A stretch of DNA of 64,000 nucleotides from assembly GCA_963745835.1 (NCBI GenBank), contig CAVUZH010000019.1, positions 64,001 through 128,000 of the forward strand, written 5' to 3'. The notes beneath the pieces are model-generated. The model searched no databases. It was not told the DNA's origin and was given only the letters and a program-made list of their open reading frames with translations. The DNA comes from an uncultured delta proteobacterium. Its GTDB lineage: Bacteria > Desulfobacterota > Binatia > UBA9968. The position numbers were made by a program, and so were the translations under genes. This document shows, in pieces, positions 47,328 through 56,915 of this stretch; position 1 is the stretch's first letter; the number at the start of each line of letters is the position of its first letter.

Positions 47328-48308
47328 ATGATGAAATCAATCTGCGGATTATCGGTTTTGATCGTGATCATGCTCGGATTCATTTCAGGGAGCGAAGCAC
47401 AAGCACCGAAAAAGGTGCGCTTTGCATACCCGTCGTCGGCCGACATGGGTGATATTCCCTCATTGCTTGCCTGGGAGCAGCTCAAAAAACAGGGGATCGA
47501 AGTGGTGCCAACCTTCTTTCCCAAAACCGACCTGGCCGTTCAAGCAGTGGTTGCCGGGGAAGCCGACATTGGCTCGGCAGCCGGCATTGCCGTGATCAAG
47601 GCCGTCGAGAGCGGCATGAATATTCGCATCATTGGCGAGCAGGTGCGCAATGAATGGCAATTGGTCACGCCGGTGTCTCTCAAGGATCCAAAACAACTGG
47701 ACGGCAAACGGGTCGGTTACCACGCGCCGATTACGGTGACCGAAGCGCTGGTCAAATGGATGGCGCAACACTACAAGATCACTCCAAACTGGATGATCAT
47801 CCCGGGTTCTGACGTGCGCTCAGAAGCCTTGATGCGCGGCCAATTAGACGCCACGCCGGCGGAGATTGGCGACGTCCTAAATATCCTCAGTGCCAAGCCT
47901 GGCCAGTTTCACGTTTTGATCTCCTATGCCAAGACTTTCCCCCAGCTTATCGGCTCGATGTATTTCGCGCGCGGCGATTACTTACAGAAGAACGCAGCAA
48001 CTGTTGAAAGCGTGCTCGAGGCGATTCTCAGAGCGCATCGCAACGCCGAAGAACGCCCGGCATCGGTGAAAGAAAATGCTTTAAGGCTGCTGCCCGAAAC
48101 CAAACCCGAGCTCGTCGAAGCCACGGCAGCGACTTACAAAGAGCTTAGGATTTGGGATGTCAACGGCGGCGCCGACAAAGAGCGCGGTGACGCGAGCATC
48201 AAATTCTTCGAGGAATCGGGACTGCTCAAAAAAAACGCCGTCAGTTTCAACCAGTCCTTCGACACGGCGCCATTGGATAAAGTTTTAAAGAAAATCGGAC
48301 GCAAATAA
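47328..48308 (+). CDS. NitT/TauT (NMT1/SsuA-like) substrate-binding protein
   Basis: Signal peptide; AVVAGEADIG, LDGKRVG, ALMRGQLDA. Confidence 0.9.
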   Translation: MMKSICGLSVLIVIMLGFISGSEAQAPKKVRFAYPSSADMGDIPSLLAWEQLKKQGIEVVPTFFPKTDLAVQAVVAGEADIGSAAGIAVIKAVESGMNIRIIGEQVRNEWQLVTPVSLKDPKQLDGKRVGYHAPITVTEALVKWMAQHYKITPNWMIIPGSDVRSEALMRGQLDATPAEIGDVLNILSAKPGQFHVLISYAKTFPQLIGSMYFARGDYLQKNAATVESVLEAILRAHRNAEERPASVKENALRLLPETKPELVEATAATYKELRIWDVNGGADKERGDASIKFFEESGLLKKNAVSFNQSFDTAPLDKVLKKIGRK

Positions 48309-48309
48309 A

Positions 48310-49056
48310 TTGGTGAAGGCGAGCACGCTCAGAATCATCTCGCTCTTCACGCTCGCGGCGATTTGGGAAGTCGCGGGGCGAACGGGCAACGCGCATCTGC
48401 TGCCGCCCCTTTCCAAGGTTATGACCGTCTGGGCGGAACTGCTGGTCTCGGGGCAGCTGTTCCAGGCGATTGCCGTAAGCTTTCAAGCCCTGGCTCTCGG
48501 GTTTTTTATCTCAGTCGTATTCGGAGTCCCCCTCGGACTAATGATGGGCCGTTACCGGCGACTCGAGTCGTTCCTGGACGTTTACATGACCGCGCTGCTC
48601 GCAGTGCCGATGATTTCGTTTATACCGTTTCTAGTGATTGCTTTCGGTTTAGGTCTCCACTCCCGTGTTTGGATCGTTTTTCTCTTCGCCTTTGTGATTA
48701 TCGCTATCAATACCACCGCTGGCGTGCGCAGTGTCGATCCGACCTTGACTGAAATGGCTCGCTCCTTCGGCGCGCGCGAAAGCGAGTTATTTTTAAAGAT
48801 CATCCTGCCCGCTGCGATGCCGATGATTATGGCGGGCATTCGCCTCGGCATGGGCCGTGCGGTGCTCGGCATGGTCACCGGAGAAATGATTCTTTCTGTC
48901 GTCGGGTTCGGCGCCATGCTGATGACTTTTAGCGCATCGTTCAATTCGAGCGCGCTGTTTGCGACCATCCTAACGATCGTGTTGCTTGCCGTCGCCTTGC
49001 TCGCGTTGATTCAGCATTTAGATCGGCGCCTGATGCCGTGGCGCGCAGCGACGTAA
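48310..49056 (+). CDS. NitT/TauT ABC transporter permease (second copy)
   Basis: EMARSFGARE, LPAAMP, GIRLGMGRA. Confidence 0.93.
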   Translation: MVKASTLRIISLFTLAAIWEVAGRTGNAHLLPPLSKVMTVWAELLVSGQLFQAIAVSFQALALGFFISVVFGVPLGLMMGRYRRLESFLDVYMTALLAVPMISFIPFLVIAFGLGLHSRVWIVFLFAFVIIAINTTAGVRSVDPTLTEMARSFGARESELFLKIILPAAMPMIMAGIRLGMGRAVLGMVTGEMILSVVGFGAMLMTFSASFNSSALFATILTIVLLAVALLALIQHLDRRLMPWRAAT

Positions 49057-49258
49057 CGATCTCACCCGCTGTCCCTTATGGCGTTGATTTGAGTCTTTGC
49101 CTTCTGCATCACTACGTTCACGTTCCGATCACGGACCCGGCACTCTACTGCTCGGTTTGTCACACGTGTGAAAGCATGTGATATTTACTGCCGCGTTCCT
49201 GTCGGGCTGCTGTTGATAATCACACTCACAGGATGGACGAGCAGCAAAGGAGAGATTT

Positions 49259-50263
49259 ATGATAATCGCACTCTGCCGAAAATTCACAGCGCTTGTCTGC
49301 CTGCTGTTTCTGCCGGTGATGAATCATGGCTTGGTTCACGCGCAGACGTTAGAAAAGCTGCCGGTGGCCTATACGGTGATCGCGCCGACTCAGGCGACCT
49401 TGTGGACTGCCAAAGAACTCGGTTTATTCGCGAAGCAGGGGCTCGACGTCGAGTTGGTTCTCCTGGTCGGCGCGCCGCTCGCGGTTACCGCCCTGGTTTC
49501 CGGGGAAACTCCGATTGTTCATGCCGGCGCCTCCGCCGTGGTCACCAGCAACCTCCAAGGATCCGGGGCCGTCTTGATTGCCGGCGGAGCCAATCGCTTT
49601 CCTTACGTGCTTTTCGTCACCGATGAGATCAAACGAGTAGAAGACCTGAGAGGCAAGAAATTCGGCGTGAGCCGCATCGGCAGCGCCGATAACGCCGCGG
49701 CAATTACGGTGCTCAATAGATTCGGCATAAAAGATACGGAGATAACATACGTGCAAGCCGGATCGATTCCTGCGCGCCTTGCAGCCATGCAGACAAACGC
49801 GTTGCAAGCAACGCTGTTGCAGGCGCCGGAAACTCTAAAAGCCAAAGAGATCGGCATGCGTTCCTTGCTGGATTTCACCAAGCTCGATGTCGAATGGCAG
49901 CAAAATGGCGTGGCTACCACTCGGGATTACATTAAGAAAAAACCCGACACGGTGCGTCGTTTTATCAGGGCCTTCGTCGAGGGCAGCGCTTACAATTTGA
50001 CCAATCCCAAAGGCGCGCAAAAGATTTTGCAGAAATATCTCGCGATCAAAGACGATAAGTCCGTGCAAGAATCTTATAACGAAATCGTCGCCAAGCTAAC
50101 GCTCAAAGTTCCCTATCCCACCGAGCCCGGCATCCAGCTCTACCTCGACCAACTGAAGATTAAGAATCCCAAAGCGGCGCAAGCCAAACCGTCCGACTTC
50201 ACCGACATCAGTTTTTTGAAAGAACTGGAATCCAGCGGCTTTATCGAGAAATTTTATAAGTGA
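49259..50263 (+). CDS. NitT/TauT substrate-binding protein
   Basis: AKELGLFAKQGLDVE, DLRGKKFGVSRIGS, FLKELESSGF. Confidence 0.92.
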   Translation: MIIALCRKFTALVCLLFLPVMNHGLVHAQTLEKLPVAYTVIAPTQATLWTAKELGLFAKQGLDVELVLLVGAPLAVTALVSGETPIVHAGASAVVTSNLQGSGAVLIAGGANRFPYVLFVTDEIKRVEDLRGKKFGVSRIGSADNAAAITVLNRFGIKDTEITYVQAGSIPARLAAMQTNALQATLLQAPETLKAKEIGMRSLLDFTKLDVEWQQNGVATTRDYIKKKPDTVRRFIRAFVEGSAYNLTNPKGAQKILQKYLAIKDDKSVQESYNEIVAKLTLKVPYPTEPGIQLYLDQLKIKNPKAAQAKPSDFTDISFLKELESSGFIEKFYK

Positions 50264-50268
50264 AACAA

Positions 50269-50356
50269 GTTCCAATCGTTCCAGCCGTTCCAAATGTTCC
50301 AATCGTTCTCGGCCCTAAAACCACCTGGAACTACTGGAACGTTTGGAACCATTGGA
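50269..50356. repeat. Inverted repeat built from tandem 9-bp GTTCCANNN units
   Basis: GTTCCAATC GTTCCAGCC GTTCCAAAT GTTCCAATC GTTC ... TGGAACTAC TGGAACGTT TGGAACCAT TGGA, between convergent genes. Confidence 0.88.
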
Positions 50357-50359
50357 TGT

Positions 50360-50995
50360 TTAGTTCTTATAAATCACGATTTTCAAATCTTTCCCCCGTC
50401 CGCCTTCCGGACAAGCGCTGATGCCGACCAGGCAATCCATCTCGGAACGTAGATCCATCATGTCGCCGCCGGGCCGCGGTCGGGTCATCGAATAACGCAT
50501 GCTGCCGGTCTTGGCGTTGATCACCATCGTCTGAAAAATATTGAGCGGGCTTGGCACGTCCTCCATCGGCACGCCGTGCGGCTTCAAAGCCTTGGCGAGA
50601 TTCTCCCAGCAGCCGTGCTTCGGCGCTACGACTTTTTGTCTTCCCAATTTTTTCCAAACGTCGCCATAGATCTTGAAAATTTCATCGCCCCATTTCTTAT
50701 AGAAAGACGTGCTGCACATGCCTTTCTCCATGTCGTGAGTGCCGCGATAAGTATCTTTGACGATGGTTTGCATGACGTTGTTGAATTTCGAAATTAACAT
50801 GTCCCCGGTCGTCACAAAAATTTTCCCCTGATCGACCTTGGTCCTCGCTTGGTCGAAGCGCTCCTTGACGTTACGGAGATTAAATACGACATAATCGGCG
50901 GTGGACTCGCCGATGACGCGAATGATTTGGCCTTTCTTGACTTCGAAAGTTTCGCCGCTGTTGCTCTTGACGATTGCTTCGCTGATAATTTTCAT
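50360..50995 (-). CDS. DUF1989 (urea carboxylase-associated family) protein
   Basis: HD-x-x-x-GMCS, HGCWENL, PLNIFQ, SACP; RBS GGAGG before ATG 50995. Confidence 0.88.
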   Translation of the reverse strand: MKIISEAIVKSNSGETFEVKKGQIIRVIGESTADYVVFNLRNVKERFDQARTKVDQGKIFVTTGDMLISKFNNVMQTIVKDTYRGTHDMEKGMCSTSFYKKWGDEIFKIYGDVWKKLGRQKVVAPKHGCWENLAKALKPHGVPMEDVPSPLNIFQTMVINAKTGSMRYSMTRPRPGGDMMDLRSEMDCLVGISACPEGGRGKDLKIVIYKN

Positions 50996-51146
50996 CGATT
51001 CCTCCCGGATGATTTGAATTCTTGCCACGTTAGCTGATCAAACAGCGCAAAAGCAAGAATGACAGGTGCGAAAAGCCATCTAAAGATTGACGCCAGCTTG
51101 ACGGTGAGACATATAAGCAAGAGTCAATTATCTTAAGGAGCTTTCA

Positions 51147-52298
51147 ATGATCAACGGTTTCAGAGTCTACGATGCCGACGCGCATGCGATCATGAGTCCG
51201 GCAATGTGGCATGAGTTGCCGGAAGATTTCATCCGGCGCCGGCCACGAGCGGTGCGGATCATCGACGATAAAGATTTGGGCCGCTGGAACACCGGCTGGC
51301 TGATCGAGGGCAGGATGGAGCCGCATGTTTTCGGTCCTGGTTCCCACGCCGCCAATACTCCCGGCATCGTCATGGAAGAGTTGGGCACTCGAACCAACGT
51401 CGACAAGGCACATGGCGCCATTCCCATCGGCTGCCTCGATCTTTCCGATCCAACCGAGCGGCTGGCTATTCTCGACAAATTGGGCATCGACGTGCAATTT
51501 TTAATGCCGAGCACGCTCTACGCCAATATCACCGAAGAACCGGCTTACGAAGCTGCGCTCTACCGCACCTACAACCGCTATATGGGCCGGCAGTGCGGGA
51601 CACAATCTGCAAGACTCAGGTGGGCCGGGCTTCTGCCGATGCGCGATACGCGCCAGGCCTGCGAAGCGATCGAAGAGATGCAAAAGCTCGGCGCGGCGGC
51701 GGCAATCGTCTACGGCACCGTCGGCAACCGTATGCTGAGCCATTCAAGCTTCGCGCCGGTCTGGGACGAGTTTGCGCGTTCAGGCTTGCCGCTGTGCGTG
51801 CACATGGGCTCGAGCTATGCCGCTCTCGCCGAGCTGTGCGAGAATATCCTAGATTCCAACATGATCAGCAAAGCCTTGCCCGCGAATCTCGCTTTCGTCG
51901 CCATCGTCGGCCATGGCATGCTCGACCGATACCCAAATCTCAAGGTCGGCTTTCTCGAATTCGGCGCCGAATGGATCTTCTATATGGCCGGGCGATTAAA
52001 GCATTATGCCGTGCTCAACAAGCGGCGCATGCCATCGAGCAAGGGACTGCTCGCGCGCGATGTCGATGATTACTTCAAATCGGAACGAATCTTCGTCGCC
52101 GCCGAAGCCGACGATACCATGATGACGCAGGAAATGGAGCTGCTCGGCGAAGATCAGATTCTTTTTTCGTCCGATTTTCCCCATGATGAGGGGCGTGGCG
52201 ATGCGATGAAAGAAATTCTTGAACGTCACGATCTTTCGGAGGCGCAAAAGCGTAAGATTCTCTGTGACAATACGGTGCGTTTTTTTGGCGCCGCGTAA
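51147..52298 (+). CDS. Amidohydrolase_2-family protein (hydrolase/decarboxylase)
   Basis: DADAH, LCVH, FLEFGAEW, FSSDFPH, KILCDN. Confidence 0.92.
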   Translation: MINGFRVYDADAHAIMSPAMWHELPEDFIRRRPRAVRIIDDKDLGRWNTGWLIEGRMEPHVFGPGSHAANTPGIVMEELGTRTNVDKAHGAIPIGCLDLSDPTERLAILDKLGIDVQFLMPSTLYANITEEPAYEAALYRTYNRYMGRQCGTQSARLRWAGLLPMRDTRQACEAIEEMQKLGAAAAIVYGTVGNRMLSHSSFAPVWDEFARSGLPLCVHMGSSYAALAELCENILDSNMISKALPANLAFVAIVGHGMLDRYPNLKVGFLEFGAEWIFYMAGRLKHYAVLNKRRMPSSKGLLARDVDDYFKSERIFVAAEADDTMMTQEMELLGEDQILFSSDFPHDEGRGDAMKEILERHDLSEAQKRKILCDNTVRFFGAA

Positions 52299-52311
52299 AA
52301 GGAAGTCTGCC

Positions 52312-53292
52312 GTGAAGCTAAAATCATCATCCGTTCTCGCGCTCGGAATTATTATCGCTATGCTCTTGGCCTATACGCGCGTGAATGCGAAGCCTATCCG
52401 CATCGCGATCCCGGGTTACAACATCACTCAAATCGCTTTTTTCGTCGCCAGAGAGCGCGGCTTTTTCAAAGACGAAGGCTTGGACGTCGAGCTCATTCAG
52501 ATGAGCGGCACCGTGGCCAATCTCGCGCTGATGTCCGGGGAAGTACCATTTACGAGTGTGCCGACGGCCGCGATGACGGCAAATCTCCGCGGCGCCAACC
52601 TGCGCGTGCTCTTTACGACTTTTGAACGGCCTTTATTCTGGCTCTTCAGTAGGCCGCAGATACGCGAAATAAAAGACTTGAGAAACAAAAAGCTCGGTGT
52701 CGGCGGACTGAATCAGGCGAGTTACACTTTGCTGAGAGAATTGTTAAGTCACTACGGTCTTGAGTCTGGTAGAGACTACACGCTCATTCAAGCCGGCGAT
52801 AGCGCTCCACGCTTCATGGCGCTGACCACCGGCTTCATCGATGCAGCGCTTATGCCGCTGCCGTGGAATTTTTCAGCGCAGGAAGCCGGCATGCATGAAC
52901 TCGTCGCTCTTTCTAAAGCCGATGTTACCGCGCCCACGGGGAGCATAGTGCTCCGCGAGGATCTCCTGCGTAGTGAACCTCAAATGGTCGAGCAGTTTAC
53001 TCGCGCGACCTTGAAAGGGCTCCGCTATGCGATAGAACGGCGCGCTGGCGCTATCGGCGCTCTGACCCAGAGTCTCAAGATCAAAGAAGATCTCGCTGCT
53101 AAAGGCTACGACGCCGCCCGTCCCGCCTTAACAGCGGATGGAACCATGACCGAGGCCTCGCAACGCAAAGCGTTGGACGCGGTGCTCAAAAGTACTGGGG
53201 TTAAAGATGCGCCGCCGCTAGATAGGTTTTTCAACTTCGCGATCACGAAAAAAGTCGCGGCGGAGTTGCAGGCAAAAGGCTGGAAGCCATAA
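52312..53292 (+). CDS. NitT/TauT substrate-binding protein
   Basis: ARERGFFKDEGLDVE, DLRNKKLGV; start reset to GTG 52312. Confidence 0.9.
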   Translation: MKLKSSSVLALGIIIAMLLAYTRVNAKPIRIAIPGYNITQIAFFVARERGFFKDEGLDVELIQMSGTVANLALMSGEVPFTSVPTAAMTANLRGANLRVLFTTFERPLFWLFSRPQIREIKDLRNKKLGVGGLNQASYTLLRELLSHYGLESGRDYTLIQAGDSAPRFMALTTGFIDAALMPLPWNFSAQEAGMHELVALSKADVTAPTGSIVLREDLLRSEPQMVEQFTRATLKGLRYAIERRAGAIGALTQSLKIKEDLAAKGYDAARPALTADGTMTEASQRKALDAVLKSTGVKDAPPLDRFFNFAITKKVAAELQAKGWKP

Positions 53293-53321
53293 GCGTTGGG
53301 TATTTGACCCATGACCTAGTC

Positions 53322-53354
53322 GGACGGTTGAAACGACTGGAACTATTGGAACGT
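53322..53354. repeat. Single arm of the 9-bp TGGAACNNN repeat
   Basis: GGACGGT TGAAACGAC TGGAACTAT TGGAACG. Confidence 0.7.
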
Positions 53355-53357
53355 TTA

Positions 53358-54542
53358 TTAAACTTGGAAGAGCATCGTCAGATATCCCGTCCCGTTGCTC
53401 CCCTGATAGCACAGCGATTGACCTCTGACATCTTTGCCTAAAGCGCCACGCAACATATAGAGATGTCCTGCGCGCCCTTCCGGGTTCCAGGTTTCGAAAT
53501 CGTCTTCGCTCATGTCGAGCAGTCTGCCATGTTGGCCTTTCTCGAGCCATTCTTTGGCGAGCCGATCGAAGCGTTCTCCCTGCGGCACGACGTATTCCGG
53601 CGGTTTTGAAAAATCGAACGTGTGCGACAATCCACCGCTGGCGACGAAAAATGCTCTGCGACCGAGTTGCCGCACCGCCTCGGCGATGATCTCGCCAAAC
53701 CGTCGGTGCGCTTCGCGCGGCCCGCGCCACCAGATAGAGCAGGGCAAAAGCGGTATTCGCCGCTCCTGAGAAAGTAAGTGGCCGGGGACCCAAACTGCGT
53801 GTTCCTGCGCGACGCGATGAATACGCCTGACCGGCAATCCCGCGCTTCGCGCAAGATCGCCGATAAGCGCTGCCAGCTCCGGGTCGCCCGGGAAACTGAA
53901 AAGCTGCGGTTCCACGCCTTGATAGGACGCGTCGCAGCCGTCTTCGTGCTGCGCGCCGTCGTCGATAAAAAAGCCATCCCGCGGCATCCAGTGAGTCGAC
54001 GCCAAAAGAATCACGTCGGGTTGGCACTCGTCCAAATGCCGGCGCACCTGATCGATGGCAGCCAATGATTTATTGCGATGATCGTTGGCGCGGTGGCGCG
54101 CCTCGTACATCGGAATTGTGTGCGGCAAAACTGCGCCGCCGATGACTCGGCCCGTCTCGTTGGCGGACAAATGAGAAACCGGCTCGGGCTCTGCGCCACA
54201 AAATTCCCTCGCGCACCACTCGGCGAAGCTTGCACGATTGTATTCCCCTACCGAGCTCCGTTCCACGTCCGCAGAGGTTACGCGAATGACCGGAACATAC
54301 GCGCGGACAAACGCTGACGTTTGCTCATCCGCCATGAGCGCCACGGTGTAAATGCAGTCGTATTTCTCGCTGATGGTAGTACCGTTTTCTTGCCGGCTGA
54401 TCGTGCGCGGATACCCCAACACTTCAATATCGATGACGACGGCGGCTCGATCGCAGTAACGCCCGAGTCCAGGCGTCCACAAATCGGTCAGCCTGACCAA
54501 GGTACCCCGGTCGTACATATCATCTATGGTCCGGTAGTCCAT
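53358..54542 (-). CDS. LigB-like (class III) extradiol dioxygenase domain with an unrecognised N-terminal domain
   Basis: GAVLPH, PDVILLASTHW, FPGDPELA, EHAVWVP, VASGGLSH, PEG; first ~125 aa unassigned. Confidence 0.8.
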   Translation of the reverse strand: MDYRTIDDMYDRGTLVRLTDLWTPGLGRYCDRAAVVIDIEVLGYPRTISRQENGTTISEKYDCIYTVALMADEQTSAFVRAYVPVIRVTSADVERSSVGEYNRASFAEWCAREFCGAEPEPVSHLSANETGRVIGGAVLPHTIPMYEARHRANDHRNKSLAAIDQVRRHLDECQPDVILLASTHWMPRDGFFIDDGAQHEDGCDASYQGVEPQLFSFPGDPELAALIGDLARSAGLPVRRIHRVAQEHAVWVPGHLLSQERRIPLLPCSIWWRGPREAHRRFGEIIAEAVRQLGRRAFFVASGGLSHTFDFSKPPEYVVPQGERFDRLAKEWLEKGQHGRLLDMSEDDFETWNPEGRAGHLYMLRGALGKDVRGQSLCYQGSNGTGYLTMLFQV

Positions 54543-54601
54543 TTGAACTTCTCCTCGACAACAGCTGTCGATCACGGAACTTTGATAATCCTTCTATTCG
54601 T

Positions 54602-56389
54602 TCACGCTTTTCGTGACAGAGACATTTCTTCAACTACCGTTGGCAAGTGGGCGGAGATGATTGCTGGCGATCCCTGACGAACGCAGTCGAGACCCCGCCG
54701 CAAGGCCGGCGCGAGATTTTCCGGCTCGCTTACGGTTTCACCATAACCACCGACCGCCTCACCAAGTTTACCGAAATCGGGAGCAGGATCGAGAAGCCCG
54801 CCCTCATAATTACCGGTTTCCGCAGCCACGCCATCGGGATAGGCTCTCTTGAGCCCGGAAGTTCCTGTGCTGTAAGAACGGTTGGTGAAAATCACGGTCA
54901 GGAATGCGGCCTTATAATGAGCCGCGCTCCAGAGCGCGGGCAACGGAGTTCCGAACATAAAAAATCCATCGCCGGTCACCAAAACAACGTCGCTGTCCGG
55001 GCTCGCCAGCTTCGCACCAAAGGCCGCGCCGCTGCCCCAACCGCCCGATGAACCGCCGCCGCCGAAATAGGTATTCGGCAGCGCGCGGCCGTGATACTCC
55101 TGGACGTAACCGGAGTTGCTCAGCGCCTCGTCGAGAATGATGCTGTTGGGCTCGAGTATCTTCCCTAACTGGTAAGCGACCCACCGCGGGTGCATCGGCC
55201 GGCGCTGGCCCGCCCGCTGCGCCAATTCTTCCGCTTCACGCAACATCTGGCGCTTGCGCCCTTCCAGCCGCGCCTTGCGCTCGGCGATTCGACTCATGTC
55301 CGTGCGAGTGAGAATCTGAGTTGCCGCGTCATAAATGGCGCGTAGCGCGGTCACGGCCGGAACCGCCAGCCACAAATCCGCATGATATTCCATGGTCTTG
55401 TAACGCGATTGCACCGGGTCGACATCGATCCAAGCGATCTTCGCCTCTGCTCGCGGCGACTCCAGCGGTGGCATGAAGGGCATTGGGTTCTCAATGATGA
55501 GGAGAACATCCGCATCCTTGGAATTAGGGCCGGTGCCGTAAAGCGGATGCGTCGTTGGGAAATTCAGCCGGTCCACGCGGTCGGTGTCCGTCACCGGGAG
55601 AGCGAGCAGTTCAGCGAGCCGGACCAATTCCGCCACTGATGCCGGATCGCGCCCTGCCTTGCTTCCATAGATGGATGGGTTTTCCGACTTGACGAGCCAC
55701 TCGGCTATGCGGCGCGCGTCCGCGTGGTCCGGCCACGCGGGCCGCGCGATACCCAGCTCATCGCGCGTCGGGAAGCGAGTTTTTTTGGGCAACTGCAACA
55801 TCGCCGTCTCCCGCGGCACCGCCAGATAGACCGGTCCCTGCGGCTCGCTCATGGCGACTTGCAACATTCGGCTAACGATGAATCCAGGATTGTCCTGATG
55901 CTCGAGCCGGTGGTCGAGTTTGGTGTATTGCCTGACGATCTCGCCCTGATCACGCGGCTCTTGCACCCATTGCACAGGCCGGTTCCGCGCACCCAACATG
56001 GAACCGGGGTACGCGCGCGGTCCGGTACCGGCAGTCATCAAGACCGGGTAGCCGCCACGCCACGCGCTATGCAGAGCCGCGCCATAGTTTAACGTGCCGA
56101 CATCGACATGAGCAGCGGTAACTGAGGGCTGGCCGGAAATCATCGTGCAGCCAAGCGCCGCGTTCAGTGCGACTCCTTCATGCGGAACAGTAATCAACTT
56201 CGGCGTCGGCCACCCGCGCACCTGCGCCTTCGCGACGCTTTCCTGGTAAAAGGCGATTTCCGCACCGGAGACAAAGAAGATATGCTCCACTCCACCCAAC
56301 TTCATCGAAGCGACCAGAGCATCCGACCATTCCTCCGCGTTGTACTCTTGCCATCTCGGATCAAAAGCTAGGGTTTGTCCTTCGAACAT
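54602..56389 (-). CDS. Thiamine-diphosphate-dependent enzyme (acetolactate synthase/benzoylformate decarboxylase-like)
   Basis: PHE catalytic Glu, HVDVGT, GPVYL, GDG...N ThDP-binding motif. Confidence 0.92.
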   Translation of the reverse strand: MFEGQTLAFDPRWQEYNAEEWSDALVASMKLGGVEHIFFVSGAEIAFYQESVAKAQVRGWPTPKLITVPHEGVALNAALGCTMISGQPSVTAAHVDVGTLNYGAALHSAWRGGYPVLMTAGTGPRAYPGSMLGARNRPVQWVQEPRDQGEIVRQYTKLDHRLEHQDNPGFIVSRMLQVAMSEPQGPVYLAVPRETAMLQLPKKTRFPTRDELGIARPAWPDHADARRIAEWLVKSENPSIYGSKAGRDPASVAELVRLAELLALPVTDTDRVDRLNFPTTHPLYGTGPNSKDADVLLIIENPMPFMPPLESPRAEAKIAWIDVDPVQSRYKTMEYHADLWLAVPAVTALRAIYDAATQILTRTDMSRIAERKARLEGRKRQMLREAEELAQRAGQRRPMHPRWVAYQLGKILEPNSIILDEALSNSGYVQEYHGRALPNTYFGGGGSSGGWGSGAAFGAKLASPDSDVVLVTGDGFFMFGTPLPALWSAAHYKAAFLTVIFTNRSYSTGTSGLKRAYPDGVAAETGNYEGGLLDPAPDFGKLGEAVGGYGETVSEPENLAPALRRGLDCVRQGSPAIISAHLPTVVEEMSLSRKA

Positions 56390-56531
56390 TATCCTTGTTC
56401 TCCTATCGAACCGATCAGTTAAACTTTAATCATCGACAACCGTCGGCCAACGTAATGCCAAACCATATCAAAGTTTATAATTAATTATCTAGACTTCGTC
56501 TCTAGCAGCAGACCTATGTGCCTGCTCTCCA

Positions 56532-56558
56532 AGGGCGAACCACGTAGGTTCGCCCTAC
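56532..56558. repeat. GTAG-type REP palindrome
   Basis: Reverse strand reads GTAGGGCGAACC-TACGT-GGTTCGCCCT. Confidence 0.7.
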
Positions 56559-56647
56559 ACAATGATGAACATTTCGCACGAAGACGCGGTTTCATAACAC
56601 TATTAAAAATCTTGATCGGATATCCGTGACCGGCGCGGTCGAGGCCT

Positions 56648-56818
56648 GTTCAAGCGTTCGCAGCGCTAGCTAAATGTTACAATCATTCCACCCCTCCACT
56701 TCGTGTCGCTCCGTTCAAACCCCCTCTTCATCCTCGCTCGCGCCGCGGGGAGAAGAGGTGGGGGAGCGATTTGAACCCGAGGCGAAGGTGGTTGAACGTT
56801 TTGAGCGATTTGAACGGC
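56648..56818. repeat. Composite repeat: GTTCAA/TTGAAC 9-mer arms around a CCCCTC...GAGGTGGGG palindrome
   Basis: GTTCAAGCGTTC...GTTCAAA CCCCTCTTCATCCTCGCTCGCGCCGCGGGGAGAAGAGGTGGGG ...TTGAAC...TTGAACGTT TTGAGCGAT TTGAAC. Confidence 0.6.
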
Positions 56819-56915
56819 CACAGCCCGTCCTAGATCGCTCTTCCTTAAGTGATCCCCTACAAAAGTCTTACTGCCGTTGACACAGTAGGGCTCAAGTGAA
56901 TAAATACCGCGCTAG

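Noticed and set aside
45644-50356. CRISPR array interpretation of the 9-bp repeats
   Set aside because: Units are far too short, lack unique spacers, form inverted arms, and no cas genes are present.
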